A stretch of DNA of 64,000 nucleotides, from contig OZ244960.1 in assembly GCA_965222605.1 (NCBI GenBank), positions 4,768,001 to 4,832,000 on the forward strand. The letters run 5' to 3'. A program made the position numbers and the translations under genes. The notes under the pieces are model-generated. The model saw nothing but the letters and a program-made list of their open reading frames with translations. It made no database searches and had not been told where the DNA came from. The number at the start of each line of letters is the position of its first letter. Within the stretch, counting starts at the first letter, position 1. This DNA is from Candidatus Latescibacterota bacterium (GTDB lineage: Bacteria; Latescibacterota; UBA2968). Positions 39,646 to 50,139 of this stretch are shown here, one piece after another.

Positions 39646-40236
39646 TCAACGTTTTAAAATCTGCTCGTGCTGGCGTTTGCGTTGCAATAAAATTTGCTGT
39701 CGCTGCTTCTGCGAACTAAGTATGGTATAAAGAATACTCACCCGTTTGCCCGCCGCTTGCAATGCCTGAACATCCCGCTGGTCCTGATCTTTTAACCGGG
39801 ACAAATACAGCATGCGTTGGGCTGCATCTCGTAGTGACTTTGCCGAAAATAACACCGATAGTATTCCCTGTCGTCCTATTTTGTATATCTCACGCGCACG
39901 TTGCGCTATATTCCGCTCGCGATTTTTGAGTTGCGACTCGGCTTGTCGAAGCTGTTGCTCGGTACTGTTGATTTTATCACTTAGACTATTGATTTCATCA
40001 GCGATATTTAGAGATGTGTCCTTCGTTTTTTCACTCTCACTTTCAGGTTGAGCCGATGCTTCCTGCGGGGGTTGAGGATTCAAGTCACGCACTTTCAAGC
40101 TGTCCATCGCCGCTTGCTCAGCTTTCAGGCGCGTTTCCAACTCTGTTATTGTCTGCGCTCTTCCATCGGGCGGTAATGCGAGTAGAAAAGCTATGATATG
40201 CAATATATACACTGGTTTTTGCACACTATACCTCAA
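39646..40236 (-). CDS. Exported coiled-coil protein resembling the EnvC N-terminal region, with no M23 domain
   Basis: Signal peptide, long coiled coil and RAREIYKIG...VLFSAKS..DA.QR..YL; lies directly after ftsX. Confidence 0.7.
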   Translation of the reverse strand: MRYSVQKPVYILHIIAFLLALPPDGRAQTITELETRLKAEQAAMDSLKVRDLNPQPPQEASAQPESESEKTKDTSLNIADEINSLSDKINSTEQQLRQAESQLKNRERNIAQRAREIYKIGRQGILSVLFSAKSLRDAAQRMLYLSRLKDQDQRDVQALQAAGKRVSILYTILSSQKQRQQILLQRKRQHEQILKR

Positions 40237-40251
40237 TGGTCAGGCACTGCC

Positions 40252-41136
40252 CTACGCAATTTCTCTCAACATGCGGTTCAGTGATGCCCAACTGCCTATC
40301 GCGCCCAGCACGGTGCCCAATACCACCAGGCAGAATGCCTGCTCTATCGTTGGTGTGACTGTTAAATCCGGTACGCGAACAGCCCACGACGATGCTATAT
40401 AAGCCAACAGCAGGGGTGCCAAAAATCCACCGACAAAGCCCAGTAGTGCGCCCCCAGCCCCAAAGATCATCCGCACTGTTGTATTCGTCGCGCCGACCAA
40501 CCGCATAATCTCAATGGCATCGCGTTGCGCCAGTACCATCAACTTGGTCGCATGGCTTACTGCAAATACACACGCAAAACACAGCATACACCCAAGCGCG
40601 AGTCCAATTCCGGTGATTACTTCAATAAAATGCTCTAAAGAATCCGCCCAAACTTCACCCACATTTACACCTTCTACAGCACTATGACCGGTTACAGATT
40701 TTGCAACAGCCCGAGCGCGGCGCGGCATATTCTCGCCGGGCGAAATGCGTACTCTGAGCGAAGCAGGCAATGGATTGCGCGATAGCGCATCGACCGTACC
40801 CAGGCCAAATAGTGACCGAAATTCTCTGGCAGCAGCGTCCTGGTCCACATACACAATTCCGCCTACCTCGGACCTCGCTTCTAACGTGCGCCGCAATGCG
40901 AATACGCGCTGAGGTGAAACGCCATCTTTTAAGTAAATGTCTATCTCTACCCGCGAGCGCAATCGGTTAAGCAGCGCGTTTCCACTCTCGATCACCTGCC
41001 AAAAGAATCCCAATACCAGCAGCGATGCCCCAATGGTCGCCACAGAAATCACACCTGCGATTCCCGTACGCATAACCCCTTGCAATGCCTCGCGAAATAC
41101 CAGCGACAAATTCATTTCACTTTTCCATTTGATCAA
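40252..41136 (-). CDS. ftsX: Cell division permease FtsX
   Basis: EIDIYLKD, NPLPAS and IEIMRLVGAT; four TM segments. Confidence 0.88.
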   Translation of the reverse strand: MIKWKSEMNLSLVFREALQGVMRTGIAGVISVATIGASLLVLGFFWQVIESGNALLNRLRSRVEIDIYLKDGVSPQRVFALRRTLEARSEVGGIVYVDQDAAAREFRSLFGLGTVDALSRNPLPASLRVRISPGENMPRRARAVAKSVTGHSAVEGVNVGEVWADSLEHFIEVITGIGLALGCMLCFACVFAVSHATKLMVLAQRDAIEIMRLVGATNTTVRMIFGAGGALLGFVGGFLAPLLLAYIASSWAVRVPDLTVTPTIEQAFCLVVLGTVLGAIGSWASLNRMLREIA

Positions 41137-41798
41137 TTTATAGTCTGCTCAATGATCTCATTTTTCAACTGCAATATTCGCCGCGGATATCGGTCCTTCA
41201 GCGCTGCATCATGTGTCGCTATGACCACAGCTATTCCGCGCGCATTCATCTTCTGAAAAATAGCTATGACATGCTCGGTCGCCTCGGAATCCAGATTGGC
41301 TGTTGGTTCATCTGCCAACAAGACAAAAGGATCATTCACCAGTGCCCGCGCAATTGCCACCCGCAACTGCTCATCACCCGACAGCCCATCTGGATACGCA
41401 TTGCGTTTGTGCAACAAATCCACATCCGACAATATCGCTTGTGTTCTGCGCTTGATCCAGCGCCGCGAAACACCTGTTACTTCAAGCGCAAAAGCCACAT
41501 TTTCATAAACTGTGCGATGGTGCAACAATTTGAAGTCTCGAAACACCACACCCACTTGTCGTCGCAATCGCGGGATATCCGTTTTCCGAATCTGCCGAGA
41601 GTCGTATTCCCCTACAACTACCATACCCGCATCGGGCAATTCCTCAAATATAATCAGTCTGAATAGCGCGCGTTTCTCCGCTTCTGTGTGTCCAGTCAGA
41701 TAGACAAATTCGCCCTGATTGATCTCTGTGTTGGCATCGACCAATATCGGTTGACCCTGCTGCTTGACCCGCACGTTTTGTAATTTAATCACTGGCAT
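41133..41798 (-). CDS. ftsE: FtsE-like ABC ATPase with a degenerate Walker A
   Basis: IPRLRRQVGVVF.DFKLL, LSGDEQLRVAIARAL, LADEPT and ATHD; the P-loop reads GHTEAEKR. Confidence 0.85.
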   Translation of the reverse strand: MPVIKLQNVRVKQQGQPILVDANTEINQGEFVYLTGHTEAEKRALFRLIIFEELPDAGMVVVGEYDSRQIRKTDIPRLRRQVGVVFRDFKLLHHRTVYENVAFALEVTGVSRRWIKRRTQAILSDVDLLHKRNAYPDGLSGDEQLRVAIARALVNDPFVLLADEPTANLDSEATEHVIAIFQKMNARGIAVVIATHDAALKDRYPRRILQLKNEIIEQTIN

Positions 41799-41840
41799 GG
41801 TGTACAACTGCGTCAGCAGTTCCAATATCCACTTTTTGAA

Positions 41841-42590
41841 CTATTTTTTAAGAACAAAATGCACCCGGTCCGAAAATTCTGTCGGCGGTGCATACCCAAA
41901 TCCACCGTAAGCCCCTACCATTTCAAAAGGTGATTTATCTACAATTTCTTCAATCGCTGTCAAAGAATAAATGCGCTGTTGATGCACTTCTTTGACCACT
42001 TCATCCGTGTCTTCAAAGTGGATATCAAATTTGTTGTATTGCACACCCTTCTCGTAATAGCTGTGCCGTCGATATGAAAATCCATCCCCCGAATCTTCTG
42101 ACTGCATATTGCTAAAGTATTGCCTCGAATTGCTCTCTGTACAGATATCGACCATAAAAACACCGTTGGGATTTACAATGCGATGCACTTCTTCCAGAGC
42201 ATGCGCGATCATTTCGGGTGACATCAAATAGTTGATGCTATCGTACAAACACAATACCGTATCACATGCAGGCAGATCGCCCAAATCGAGCAAATTGCGA
42301 TGGTAAAATGGAATAGGATAGTGCAACTTACGCGCTTTATCTACAGCTATATCCAGCATTTCTTTGCATCCATCTGCGCCCAGGACATCAAACTTCTGAC
42401 GGTATAGCTCTATTGCCAGACTGCCCGTGCCACAGGCCAGGTCCAATACGCGGTTGGGTTTGACTTTGTGGCGTGCGAGCAATGACGATACATAATGCGC
42501 CCAATGCACGTAATCTACATGTCGCATTACGTAGTCGTAAATGGTCGCCAGGCGGCTATAAGGTGTTGTCTCAGTATCGAATTTTGGCAT
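41841..42590 (-). CDS. Class I SAM-dependent methyltransferase
   Basis: VLDLACGTG and CLYDSINYL. Confidence 0.9.
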   Translation of the reverse strand: MPKFDTETTPYSRLATIYDYVMRHVDYVHWAHYVSSLLARHKVKPNRVLDLACGTGSLAIELYRQKFDVLGADGCKEMLDIAVDKARKLHYPIPFYHRNLLDLGDLPACDTVLCLYDSINYLMSPEMIAHALEEVHRIVNPNGVFMVDICTESNSRQYFSNMQSEDSGDGFSYRRHSYYEKGVQYNKFDIHFEDTDEVVKEVHQQRIYSLTAIEEIVDKSPFEMVGAYGGFGYAPPTEFSDRVHFVLKK

Positions 42591-42655
42591 AAAATAAAAA
42601 ACGGCCAGCCCGTGCCGGCCTGTGCCTTTCTACTTTTTTTTGACGGGATCGCGTC

Positions 42656-42928
42656 TCAAAAAAACTCTGATGCCTGTGCTTCCTCCCGAATAATGCGATA
42701 ATATTCAGATGCTTGCTTTCGCGATATATTGCCTCGTGGAATCGCCAATACCTCAAACTCTAACAGACGGTCGGAAAATGCAATGCACACTCTTTGCCCG
42801 GCGCGCAAAACGCGACTCGCTTTGGCCTCTTGCCCATCTACTGTCACAATTCCATTGCCACACGCTCGCTTGGCTTCTGATCGCCGCCGGACCAGACAAC
42901 ACGTATTTAGATAGATATCTAATCGCAT
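42656..42928 (-). CDS. hslR: S4-domain RNA-binding protein (Hsp15/HslR-like)
   Basis: MRLDIYL...RRRSEAKRAC..G.VTVDG..AKAS. Confidence 0.85.
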   Translation of the reverse strand: MRLDIYLNTCCLVRRRSEAKRACGNGIVTVDGQEAKASRVLRAGQRVCIAFSDRLLEFEVLAIPRGNISRKQASEYYRIIREEAQASEFF

Positions 42929-42934
42929 ACTATC

Positions 42935-44176
42935 CTATTCCAATCGCACATCTACATATAATTTCGCTCGCGTTTCCGCCAGTTTCTCGCGGAATAATTC
43001 CTGCAAACGCTCTTCTTTGGCAATTTGTTCTAATGCGGTCGCATCGTCATTGATTCGAAATAGATGCCAGCCGCCTTCCAGTTTTACGGGCAAACTTACA
43101 TCGCCCGGCTTGAGTGCCCGCACCACATCTGCATATTCGGGTGGAAGTTCAGACTTGAGAAAGTCCCTCAAAAATCCGCCGTGCGCTGCTGTTTGCTCAA
43201 AGTCGGAATGCTCGCGCGCAAGTTCGGCAAAATCCGCCCCGTCTTGAATCTGTTTATACAATGCCATTGCCTTTTGTTGCGCGACTTTTTCGTCTTTTTG
43301 CAATAAAAACAAAATATGACGCGCTCGCACCTGATCGCCCGAGATTTCCTCAACGCGAATAATGTGAAAGCCAAACTGTGATTGTACGAGGTCGCTCACC
43401 TCGCCGACTTTGAGACTAAAAGCAACGTCTTCAAATGCAGGCACCATGGTACCGCGCCCAAAAAAGCCCAAATCTCCACCTTGAGACGCGCTGCCCGGGT
43501 CTTGTGAGTATTCTTTTGCCAGCGCTGCAAAATCTTCACCTGCCCGAATGCGTTCTAAGATCGCTTCTGCCTGGGGGCGAATTTTGTCCTGCTGTTCTAT
43601 CGATGCAGCAGGTTCAACAAAGATATGGCTCAACGACACGGTATTTGACTCGCCGCGGCGGTATTTTTCTTGAAATTCCTTTATTTCCCGAGGCGATACA
43701 CTGACCTGCTGCACCAGCATGCCATACACACTCTGTTCCAAATACTGATTGCGAATTTGCTCCCTGTAGTTATCTCGCATCTGTCGCTCGGTCAATCCCG
43801 CTTTTTTTAATTCTTCGGCAAAAGCCGCTGCGCCAAACTGTTCCTTAATCAGGCGAATTTGCTCCCGCACGCTCTCCTCCACGCGCTCGTCATCTACTTC
43901 AATACTGTCTTCTCGCGCTCTGACCAATAATAAGTTGCGCTGAATTTCATTCTCCAGCACCTTATTAAACATATTTTCAAGCTCTGCCTGTGGTACGGTT
44001 CGCACATCAATTCTTCGACCGATCAATTCCTGCCGCAGCTTGTTCTCCACATCGGACCGCAGCACAATTTTGTCATCTATCACCGCTACTATTTGATCCA
44101 ATAATAGAGGCTCTGCACGCGCTACGCTCACGAGTGGGAATAATCCAATCAACAAGTTGATAAACAGCGTTTTCAT
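42935..44176 (-). CDS. surA: SurA-like periplasmic chaperone/parvulin PPIase
   Basis: DQIVAVID SurA N-domain and two parvulin domains ([19 protein letters not shown]). Confidence 0.88.
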   Translation of the reverse strand: MKTLFINLLIGLFPLVSVARAEPLLLDQIVAVIDDKIVLRSDVENKLRQELIGRRIDVRTVPQAELENMFNKVLENEIQRNLLLVRAREDSIEVDDERVEESVREQIRLIKEQFGAAAFAEELKKAGLTERQMRDNYREQIRNQYLEQSVYGMLVQQVSVSPREIKEFQEKYRRGESNTVSLSHIFVEPAASIEQQDKIRPQAEAILERIRAGEDFAALAKEYSQDPGSASQGGDLGFFGRGTMVPAFEDVAFSLKVGEVSDLVQSQFGFHIIRVEEISGDQVRARHILFLLQKDEKVAQQKAMALYKQIQDGADFAELAREHSDFEQTAAHGGFLRDFLKSELPPEYADVVRALKPGDVSLPVKLEGGWHLFRINDDATALEQIAKEERLQELFREKLAETRAKLYVDVRLE

Positions 44177-44220
44177 GTCAATAGATTCCTTGTATTAGTA
44201 GTCAGTGGTCAACTCAGTCC

Positions 44221-45078
44221 TCATTTTGCACTATTCAATTGCTTCCAATCGACTGACCATTCAATCCGCTCTTTGAGTTCGGTCAGCAATTTTGCGCGTT
44301 GCTCGCGTCGGCGCTCGGTCAGGATGCGTTGTTGAATCTCGCCGCGCACATCAACCAAATCGCGTATTGAACCCTCGTCGTTCCGATCCATCACCTCGAT
44401 TATATGGTAACCCAATTCGGTATGCGTGCGTATCCGATGTCCCAATTTGGCATCTCGACATACCGACCAGAAAGCAGGGGCGACCATATCTTCGGTAAAA
44501 TACCCCAGATCGCCGCCATTTACAGCCGACTGATCGATTGAAACTTCGCGTGCCACCTGCTCAAAAAATTCGCCCTTTTGCAGCCGGTTCCACGCCAGAT
44601 TCATTGCATTTCTGTCTGCCACAACGAGATGCCGCACTCTGAGTTCGAGTTGATCGCGCTCAAAATCTGCCCGATGTTCTTCGTAATAATTGAGAATTTC
44701 ATCCTCTGAGACTTCGGCAGCGCGTGCGTATGTGCGGGCCATCAATTCGCTCGCCAACAGTTGCCGAACAGCGCGATCGATGCGATCTGACAGTTCGAGG
44801 TCCTGGTCGAGTTTTCGTCTTATGGCTTCTCGATAGAGGAGTTCTTCCTCGATCCAATTTTCGACTAATCTTTGTTTTTCTTTTGGCGAGATTGTGCCTG
44901 CAAACGGGGTGGGAATACGCCTTTCCAATGCTTCTTTGGTCAGATAGCGATTCTCCACCTGCGCCACGACGGAAACTTTTTGTGGCCTTTCGCATCCCCA
45001 CATGCCAATCAGGCAGATTATCAGGCCGATTTTCAAACACCGCGTCCGCTTCAAAACGCGATCCCCCATTGCGGTCAT
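44221..45078 (-). CDS. PpiC/PrsA-type lipoprotein peptidyl-prolyl isomerase
   Basis: Lipobox MWGC, VRHLVV, SID.SAVNGGDLGYF and GYHII. Confidence 0.85.
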   Translation of the reverse strand: MTAMGDRVLKRTRCLKIGLIICLIGMWGCERPQKVSVVAQVENRYLTKEALERRIPTPFAGTISPKEKQRLVENWIEEELLYREAIRRKLDQDLELSDRIDRAVRQLLASELMARTYARAAEVSEDEILNYYEEHRADFERDQLELRVRHLVVADRNAMNLAWNRLQKGEFFEQVAREVSIDQSAVNGGDLGYFTEDMVAPAFWSVCRDAKLGHRIRTHTELGYHIIEVMDRNDEGSIRDLVDVRGEIQQRILTERRREQRAKLLTELKERIEWSVDWKQLNSAK

Positions 45079-45142
45079 ACCCCCGTATGTGGCTCTAAAC
45101 TATTGGCAATAAAAAAGGTTCCGAATAATCGAATATACGCCT

Positions 45143-48100
45143 TCAAATTAGGCTCTGCAACACATTTTTAGCCGATTCTAACCGCGATTGCGGCCCTTTC
45201 CCAATTAGCGCGACTTCGATTTTTGGTGGCTCTCCCAGGGCAAATTCCAGGGGGAGTGGCGACTGTGTCACCATCCGTTCAATATCCGTTCGCATCAGCG
45301 GCTTGTCCGGCGACAGGGTCATTGTCATGGTCTGCCCGATTTGCAACTGCGACAACCTGAGTCGGCGGGCTAAAATTTTGACCTGTAAGATGTCTAATAA
45401 TGCGGATGTGGGTTCGGGCAAAGGCCCAAAGCGGTCCGCGAGTTCTTCCTCAATCGCCAGGACTTCCACAGTTTGCCGTATCTGGCCCAATCGCTGATAA
45501 AACTGCATTTTTTGATCCGCATCCGGAATATAGTCGTCCGGAATATACGACGAGACGGATACCTGTACATCTGGCTCGATAGCGGGTTCGGTCTCATCGC
45601 CCTTAATTTGTCGCACGGCTTCGTCCAACAATCTCGTGTACAAATCAAATCCCACGGCTGCTATATGTCCGTGTTGCTGCGCCCCGAGCAAGTTGCCCGT
45701 GCCCCGAATTTCCATGTCCCGCATTGAAATGTGAAAACCCGACCCCAAATCCGAAAATTCTTCGATGGCGCGCAATCGCCTCACCGCCGGTTTTTTGAGC
45801 GCTTGCCAAGATGGCACGAATAAATACGCATAGGCCCGCTTATTTGATCGTCCCACCCGACCGCGCAATTGATACAACTGCGCCAATCCCAGGCGATCTG
45901 CCCGATTTACGATTAGCGTGTTCGCGTTGGGAATGTCCAGACCGGATTCTACGATCATGGTCGAGACCAGAACATCGTATTTATACTCAAAAAAGTCCAT
46001 CATCACTTTTTCGAGTTGCCGTTCGGGCATCTGTCCATGTCCCATACCAAAACGCACTTGCGGCAGCAGGCGCGTGAGAAAATCCATCATCGCGTGCATG
46101 GATTGAACCCGATTGTGTACAAAATAAACCTGTCCACTGCGATCTACTTCTCGTAAGATCGCTTCGGCAATGCGGTCTTCTTCAAATGCCAGCACTTCGG
46201 TCTGAATTGGCAATCGGTCTTTGGGCGGGGTTTGTATGACCGACATATCGCGTGCGCCCATCAGCGACATGTGCAGGGTGCGCGGAATTGGCGTGGCGGT
46301 AAGCGTCAATACATCCACCAGGCGCCGCATTTCTTTTAACCGCTCTTTGTGCCGCACCCCAAAGCGGTGTTCTTCGTCTATGACCAGAAGGCCAAGCTCT
46401 TTGAAGTTGACATCTTTTGACAATAACCGATGCGTGCCCACCACGATATCTACGGTGCCTTTTTTCATCGCCTCAAGGGTTCGCATCTGTTCGGCTCGCG
46501 TGCGGAAGCGGCTCAAGACCGCTACATGGACTGGAAATTCGGAAAATCGTTCGCAAAATGTGCGATAGTGTTGCTGCGCCAAAATGGTTGTGGGAGCGAG
46601 CACTGCTGCTTGTTTGCCATCTAAAATCGCTTTAAACGCCCCGCGAATCGCCACTTCTGTTTTGCCATATCCCACATCGCCACAAATCAATCGATCCATG
46701 GCGGACTGCGCTTCCATATCTTTTCGCACGGCGTCAATCGCTTCTTGTTGATCCCGGGTTTCGCGATAGGGAAACGAGGCTTCCAGTGCGTTCATTTCTG
46801 ACTCGTCAGGCGAAAATGCCATGCCCGGTTGCGCCTTGCGTTCGGCGTATAATGACACGAGTTCTGCGGCCATTTTGAATATCGCTTTGCGCGTCTTTTC
46901 CTTTAGCCGCTCCCAGGCCACTGTACCCAATTTGCTCAATACGGGTACTACGCCATCTTGTCCCGAATATTTTTGTACCTGATTCATCTGATCCACGGGC
47001 ACAAAAACCCTATCTCCATCCCGATATCCAATGGTCAGACAGTCGCTGGACATGCGGCCTATTTCAATTCTCTCTACGCCGTTGAACCGACCGATTCCGT
47101 GATCTACATGCACGACAAAATCGCCGCGCTGAAGTGCGGCCACGGTCTTGATGGGTTGCGCGTCTTGAAAGCGCCGATACCGCCGTCTGCGATGTACGCG
47201 GCTGTAAATTTCGTGGTCATTGATCAAAAAGACTTTGCCGGGGCGGTATGTAAATCCGGATTGTAGCGTGCCCACGTACAGGGAGACCACATCGGCACTT
47301 TCTTCCAAAATTTCTTCCAATCGCGCTTTTTGCCCATCACTTTCACACAGAATGACCACTTCATAAGCGTCCAGCCAGTACTTTTGTAAATCCTCTTTTA
47401 ATAGCTGTACATGGCCTTCGTAGTGTCGCCCACTCTGTCCGCCAAAATCCACCACTTCCTCTGATGCTCCTCCCAGTGCGCGGTTCAAGACCCGGGGCCT
47501 GTGTTCTAATTGTCGAAGCATAGTTTCCGGTTGTCGGAGTACACACCGCGCTGGCAAGGGTTCTGTTTCCGCCCGCCGTTTTTTTTGTCGCTTTGCAATT
47601 TGCTCACATGCGCGCCAGGCGTTATCCGCGGCAGTAGCGATGCCATCCGGGTCATCGAGGACGAGCCAGCATCCTTCGAGCACGTAATCCAACAAACCCG
47701 TTTGCTCGCCATATAACACACTCAGGTAATGCTCTTGTCCTTCAAAAATGCCTTCGCGCTCCAGTAAGTTCCGCACCTCGGGCAATTCAATGCCCAGATC
47801 TCGTTCCGCTATTTCCAGATTTTCCAAATAAATATCTGCCATTGTCAGCGGGAGTACGCTTTCCCGGCAAGGCAAAATTCGCGTTTTCTCCAGTTGCGCG
47901 ATTGACCGTTGGGTGCTCAAATCAAATGACCGAATGGACGAGATTTCATCGCCCCAAAATTCCAGCCTGACCGGATGCGCGTTGCCAAACGAACAAACAT
48001 CCAGGATGCCGCCGCGCATCCCAAATTGCCCCACACCCTCCACAGTTGTTACCCGTTCATATCCGATTTCCACCAGATGATCGGCCAGTTCTAAGGGCGA

Positions 48101-48550
48101 AACTTCCTGTTCCAGACGAAGCGTTTTTACACTCAAGTCAAAGAGGTCTGGGGGCAAGGTGTGTCCCATCAGGGCTTCGATGGGTGTGACCACAATGCCG
48201 CTGGCTCCCCGGTGCAACTGGTCCAATGCCTCCATCCGCAATCCCACCACATCCAAATGTGGGGAACGCCCGTCAAAATGCGCGACATCCCAACTCGGAA
48301 AGTAGCCCGCATGTTCTTCGTTCAATAACCGCTCCAAATCATTGCGCAATGCCTCGGCGCGATCCTCATCTGCACATACGACCACCACTGGCCCCGGTAC
48401 GGTTTCTTCAATCCACGCGATGGCAAATGCCGATATCGATCCGGATCCTCCGCGCATGGTTACGACCCGCTCTCCCGATTCCAGTTTTTTCGATAGGTCC
48501 TTAAATGGCGGCGAGTTTTTAATTCTGTTGTACAATCTTTCAATGGACAT
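45143..48550 (-). CDS. mfd: Transcription-repair coupling factor
   Basis: VVHVDHGIG, CGDVGYGKT, DEEH, TATPIPRT, QLRGRVGR and a TRCF C-terminal domain. Confidence 0.97.
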   Translation of the reverse strand: MSIERLYNRIKNSPPFKDLSKKLESGERVVTMRGGSGSISAFAIAWIEETVPGPVVVVCADEDRAEALRNDLERLLNEEHAGYFPSWDVAHFDGRSPHLDVVGLRMEALDQLHRGASGIVVTPIEALMGHTLPPDLFDLSVKTLRLEQEVSPLELADHLVEIGYERVTTVEGVGQFGMRGGILDVCSFGNAHPVRLEFWGDEISSIRSFDLSTQRSIAQLEKTRILPCRESVLPLTMADIYLENLEIAERDLGIELPEVRNLLEREGIFEGQEHYLSVLYGEQTGLLDYVLEGCWLVLDDPDGIATAADNAWRACEQIAKRQKKRRAETEPLPARCVLRQPETMLRQLEHRPRVLNRALGGASEEVVDFGGQSGRHYEGHVQLLKEDLQKYWLDAYEVVILCESDGQKARLEEILEESADVVSLYVGTLQSGFTYRPGKVFLINDHEIYSRVHRRRRYRRFQDAQPIKTVAALQRGDFVVHVDHGIGRFNGVERIEIGRMSSDCLTIGYRDGDRVFVPVDQMNQVQKYSGQDGVVPVLSKLGTVAWERLKEKTRKAIFKMAAELVSLYAERKAQPGMAFSPDESEMNALEASFPYRETRDQQEAIDAVRKDMEAQSAMDRLICGDVGYGKTEVAIRGAFKAILDGKQAAVLAPTTILAQQHYRTFCERFSEFPVHVAVLSRFRTRAEQMRTLEAMKKGTVDIVVGTHRLLSKDVNFKELGLLVIDEEHRFGVRHKERLKEMRRLVDVLTLTATPIPRTLHMSLMGARDMSVIQTPPKDRLPIQTEVLAFEEDRIAEAILREVDRSGQVYFVHNRVQSMHAMMDFLTRLLPQVRFGMGHGQMPERQLEKVMMDFFEYKYDVLVSTMIVESGLDIPNANTLIVNRADRLGLAQLYQLRGRVGRSNKRAYAYLFVPSWQALKKPAVRRLRAIEEFSDLGSGFHISMRDMEIRGTGNLLGAQQHGHIAAVGFDLYTRLLDEAVRQIKGDETEPAIEPDVQVSVSSYIPDDYIPDADQKMQFYQRLGQIRQTVEVLAIEEELADRFGPLPEPTSALLDILQVKILARRLRLSQLQIGQTMTMTLSPDKPLMRTDIERMVTQSPLPLEFALGEPPKIEVALIGKGPQSRLESAKNVLQSLI

Positions 48551-48624
48551 AAATTTTTGATTTTCCTCCAACAGTACACACCGAAAAGCTCGACACATTA
48601 TATGCGTCGAGCTTTCCAGCGAGA

Positions 48625-48703
48625 TGGCGGGGTAGACGGGACTCGAACCCGCGACCACCGGCGTGACAGGCCGGTACTCTAACCAGAACTGAGCTACTAC
48701 CCC
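48625..48703 (-). tRNA. tRNA-Asp(GTC)
   Basis: Full cloverleaf GGGGTAG...CCGGC CTGTCAC GCCGG...TTCGAGT...CTACCCC GCCA. Confidence 0.97.
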
Positions 48704-48828
48704 AAATTCGCGATTTTAATTTTAAAACAATCTCCAAAATTCCATGAAGGACCGAAAATTTAACAAGGTGTCTTTGCAGTGTCAAGCAAATTTAATAAAA
48801 CCACAAGAGGCATCGCTCCTATGACAAC

Positions 48829-48855
48829 GGGCGGGCACAGGGGCACCGCCCCTAC
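48829..48855 (-). repeat. GTAG-family REP palindrome
   Basis: Minus strand GTAGGGGCGGTGCCCCTGTGCCCGCCC. Confidence 0.7.
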
Positions 48856-48933
48856 AAAAATACGCACCTCTTACTCCTTGTTTTTAGCATCTCATCTTAT
48901 TATGTTAGGGCAATTTTGCGCCAAAACTTTCAA

Positions 48934-50120
48934 TCGACGTGCTCCCTCGACTGAAGTCGAGGGATTCCGGGGTCACCCTTTATCAGGCGGCCTCCCGAGA
49001 ACTTGCAGCTTCGTGGACCGTATGGTGATCAAACACCAAGACCACTGGGCGCGCCGAACGCTCACTACTGGGAACCCCAGATACCTGCCGGTGGATATTG
49101 AACGCACCCACAAGGTCTGCTTGGCCTTCAAATCCGCAGCAGCAGGAGTACCAACCACGGTGCTTGCGATTGGATTTTTTTCTTATACCACATTGCGGGC
49201 AAGTCTGCGAGGTATATTTCTCACAGACAACATTGACCTTTATGCCAAGCAGCGCGGCCTTGTATTCAATCATCGCGCTGAGCCTATCATATGGCCAGGC
49301 GTGCAGGCGTTGATTCATCCTTTTGCCATAAGCGATGTGCTGTCGGATGCCAGTCAAGTCGCCCAGGATGATAGTGCCCACACCCTTTTCGACACACACA
49401 TCCACAAACCGTCTGCTGGCGATATGGAGGGCATGCGTGATTTGCCGGGCTTCTTTTCGATCTGGCGATAGCGTCTCGACATCATAGGATGGTCCTGGCT
49501 GGGCGATTTGACCTTTGCTCTGACCTTCTGCCAGTATCGGCGTGTGGCCTTGAGCAGGCGTCCACAGATCAGATACCGAGAGCCATCACAGAAATCTGCG
49601 GCGATGAGCCAGTCTTCGCCTATGTCCACGCCAACGGTGGCCTCTCCCGGCTTATCAGGAACATCCACTTCGACCACCAGACGGGCTTGGAAATCCCGTG
49701 TGTGCGTATCGTAGATGATCTGGACGTTCTTCAACTGAGATGGCTGGCCGAATAACAGACTTTTCCATTCTGGTCGTATTCTTCACGCAGATGAAAGATC
49801 AAGCCATTATAGACTTTGGTCGCAGACAACATTGCGTCACGAAGAATGGCAAAGCGTTCAGGTGCGCCGCGAAGACGGGCTTTTATTGTCAGGTATGGCA
49901 TTTAAGACTAACCGTCCTGAATATGGTGTCCAATCGGCATAATGGTATGCAGGATAATAGACATAACATCTTGTTTTTTATTGCCCTATTCTTACTTTAT
50001 TATACTTACAAATGGTATGGATGTCAACATCTATGTGCAGGTTTATGTTTATAAACACGTCGCATGATTGGCATTGTGCTTCGCGTGCCTCCCCGTGCTC
50101 AAGCACGGGGTCTCCTGCGA
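48934..50120 (-). mobile_element. Non-autonomous IS200/IS605-family element (tnpB only); boundaries approximate
   Basis: Subterminal hairpins TCCCTCGACT-GA-AGTCGAGGGA (48943-48964) and CCCCGTGCT-CA-AGCACGGGG (50091-50110) flank a tnpB remnant; no tnpA. Confidence 0.7.
48983..49901 (-). pseudogene. tnpB: TnpB RNA-guided nuclease pseudogene in three fragments
   Basis: N-terminus MPYLTIKARL...ATKVYNG..; RuvC-I VGVDIG; IILGDL; YTSQTCPQCG...CCCG...ADLVGAFNI. Frame breaks near 49735 and 49450. Confidence 0.88.
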
Positions 50121-50139
50121 CATTTTTTAGGAGAATTTT

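Noticed and set aside
48551-48658. N-terminal extension of the mfd ORF
   Set aside because: It overlaps tRNA-Asp; a GGAGG RBS supports the start at 48550.
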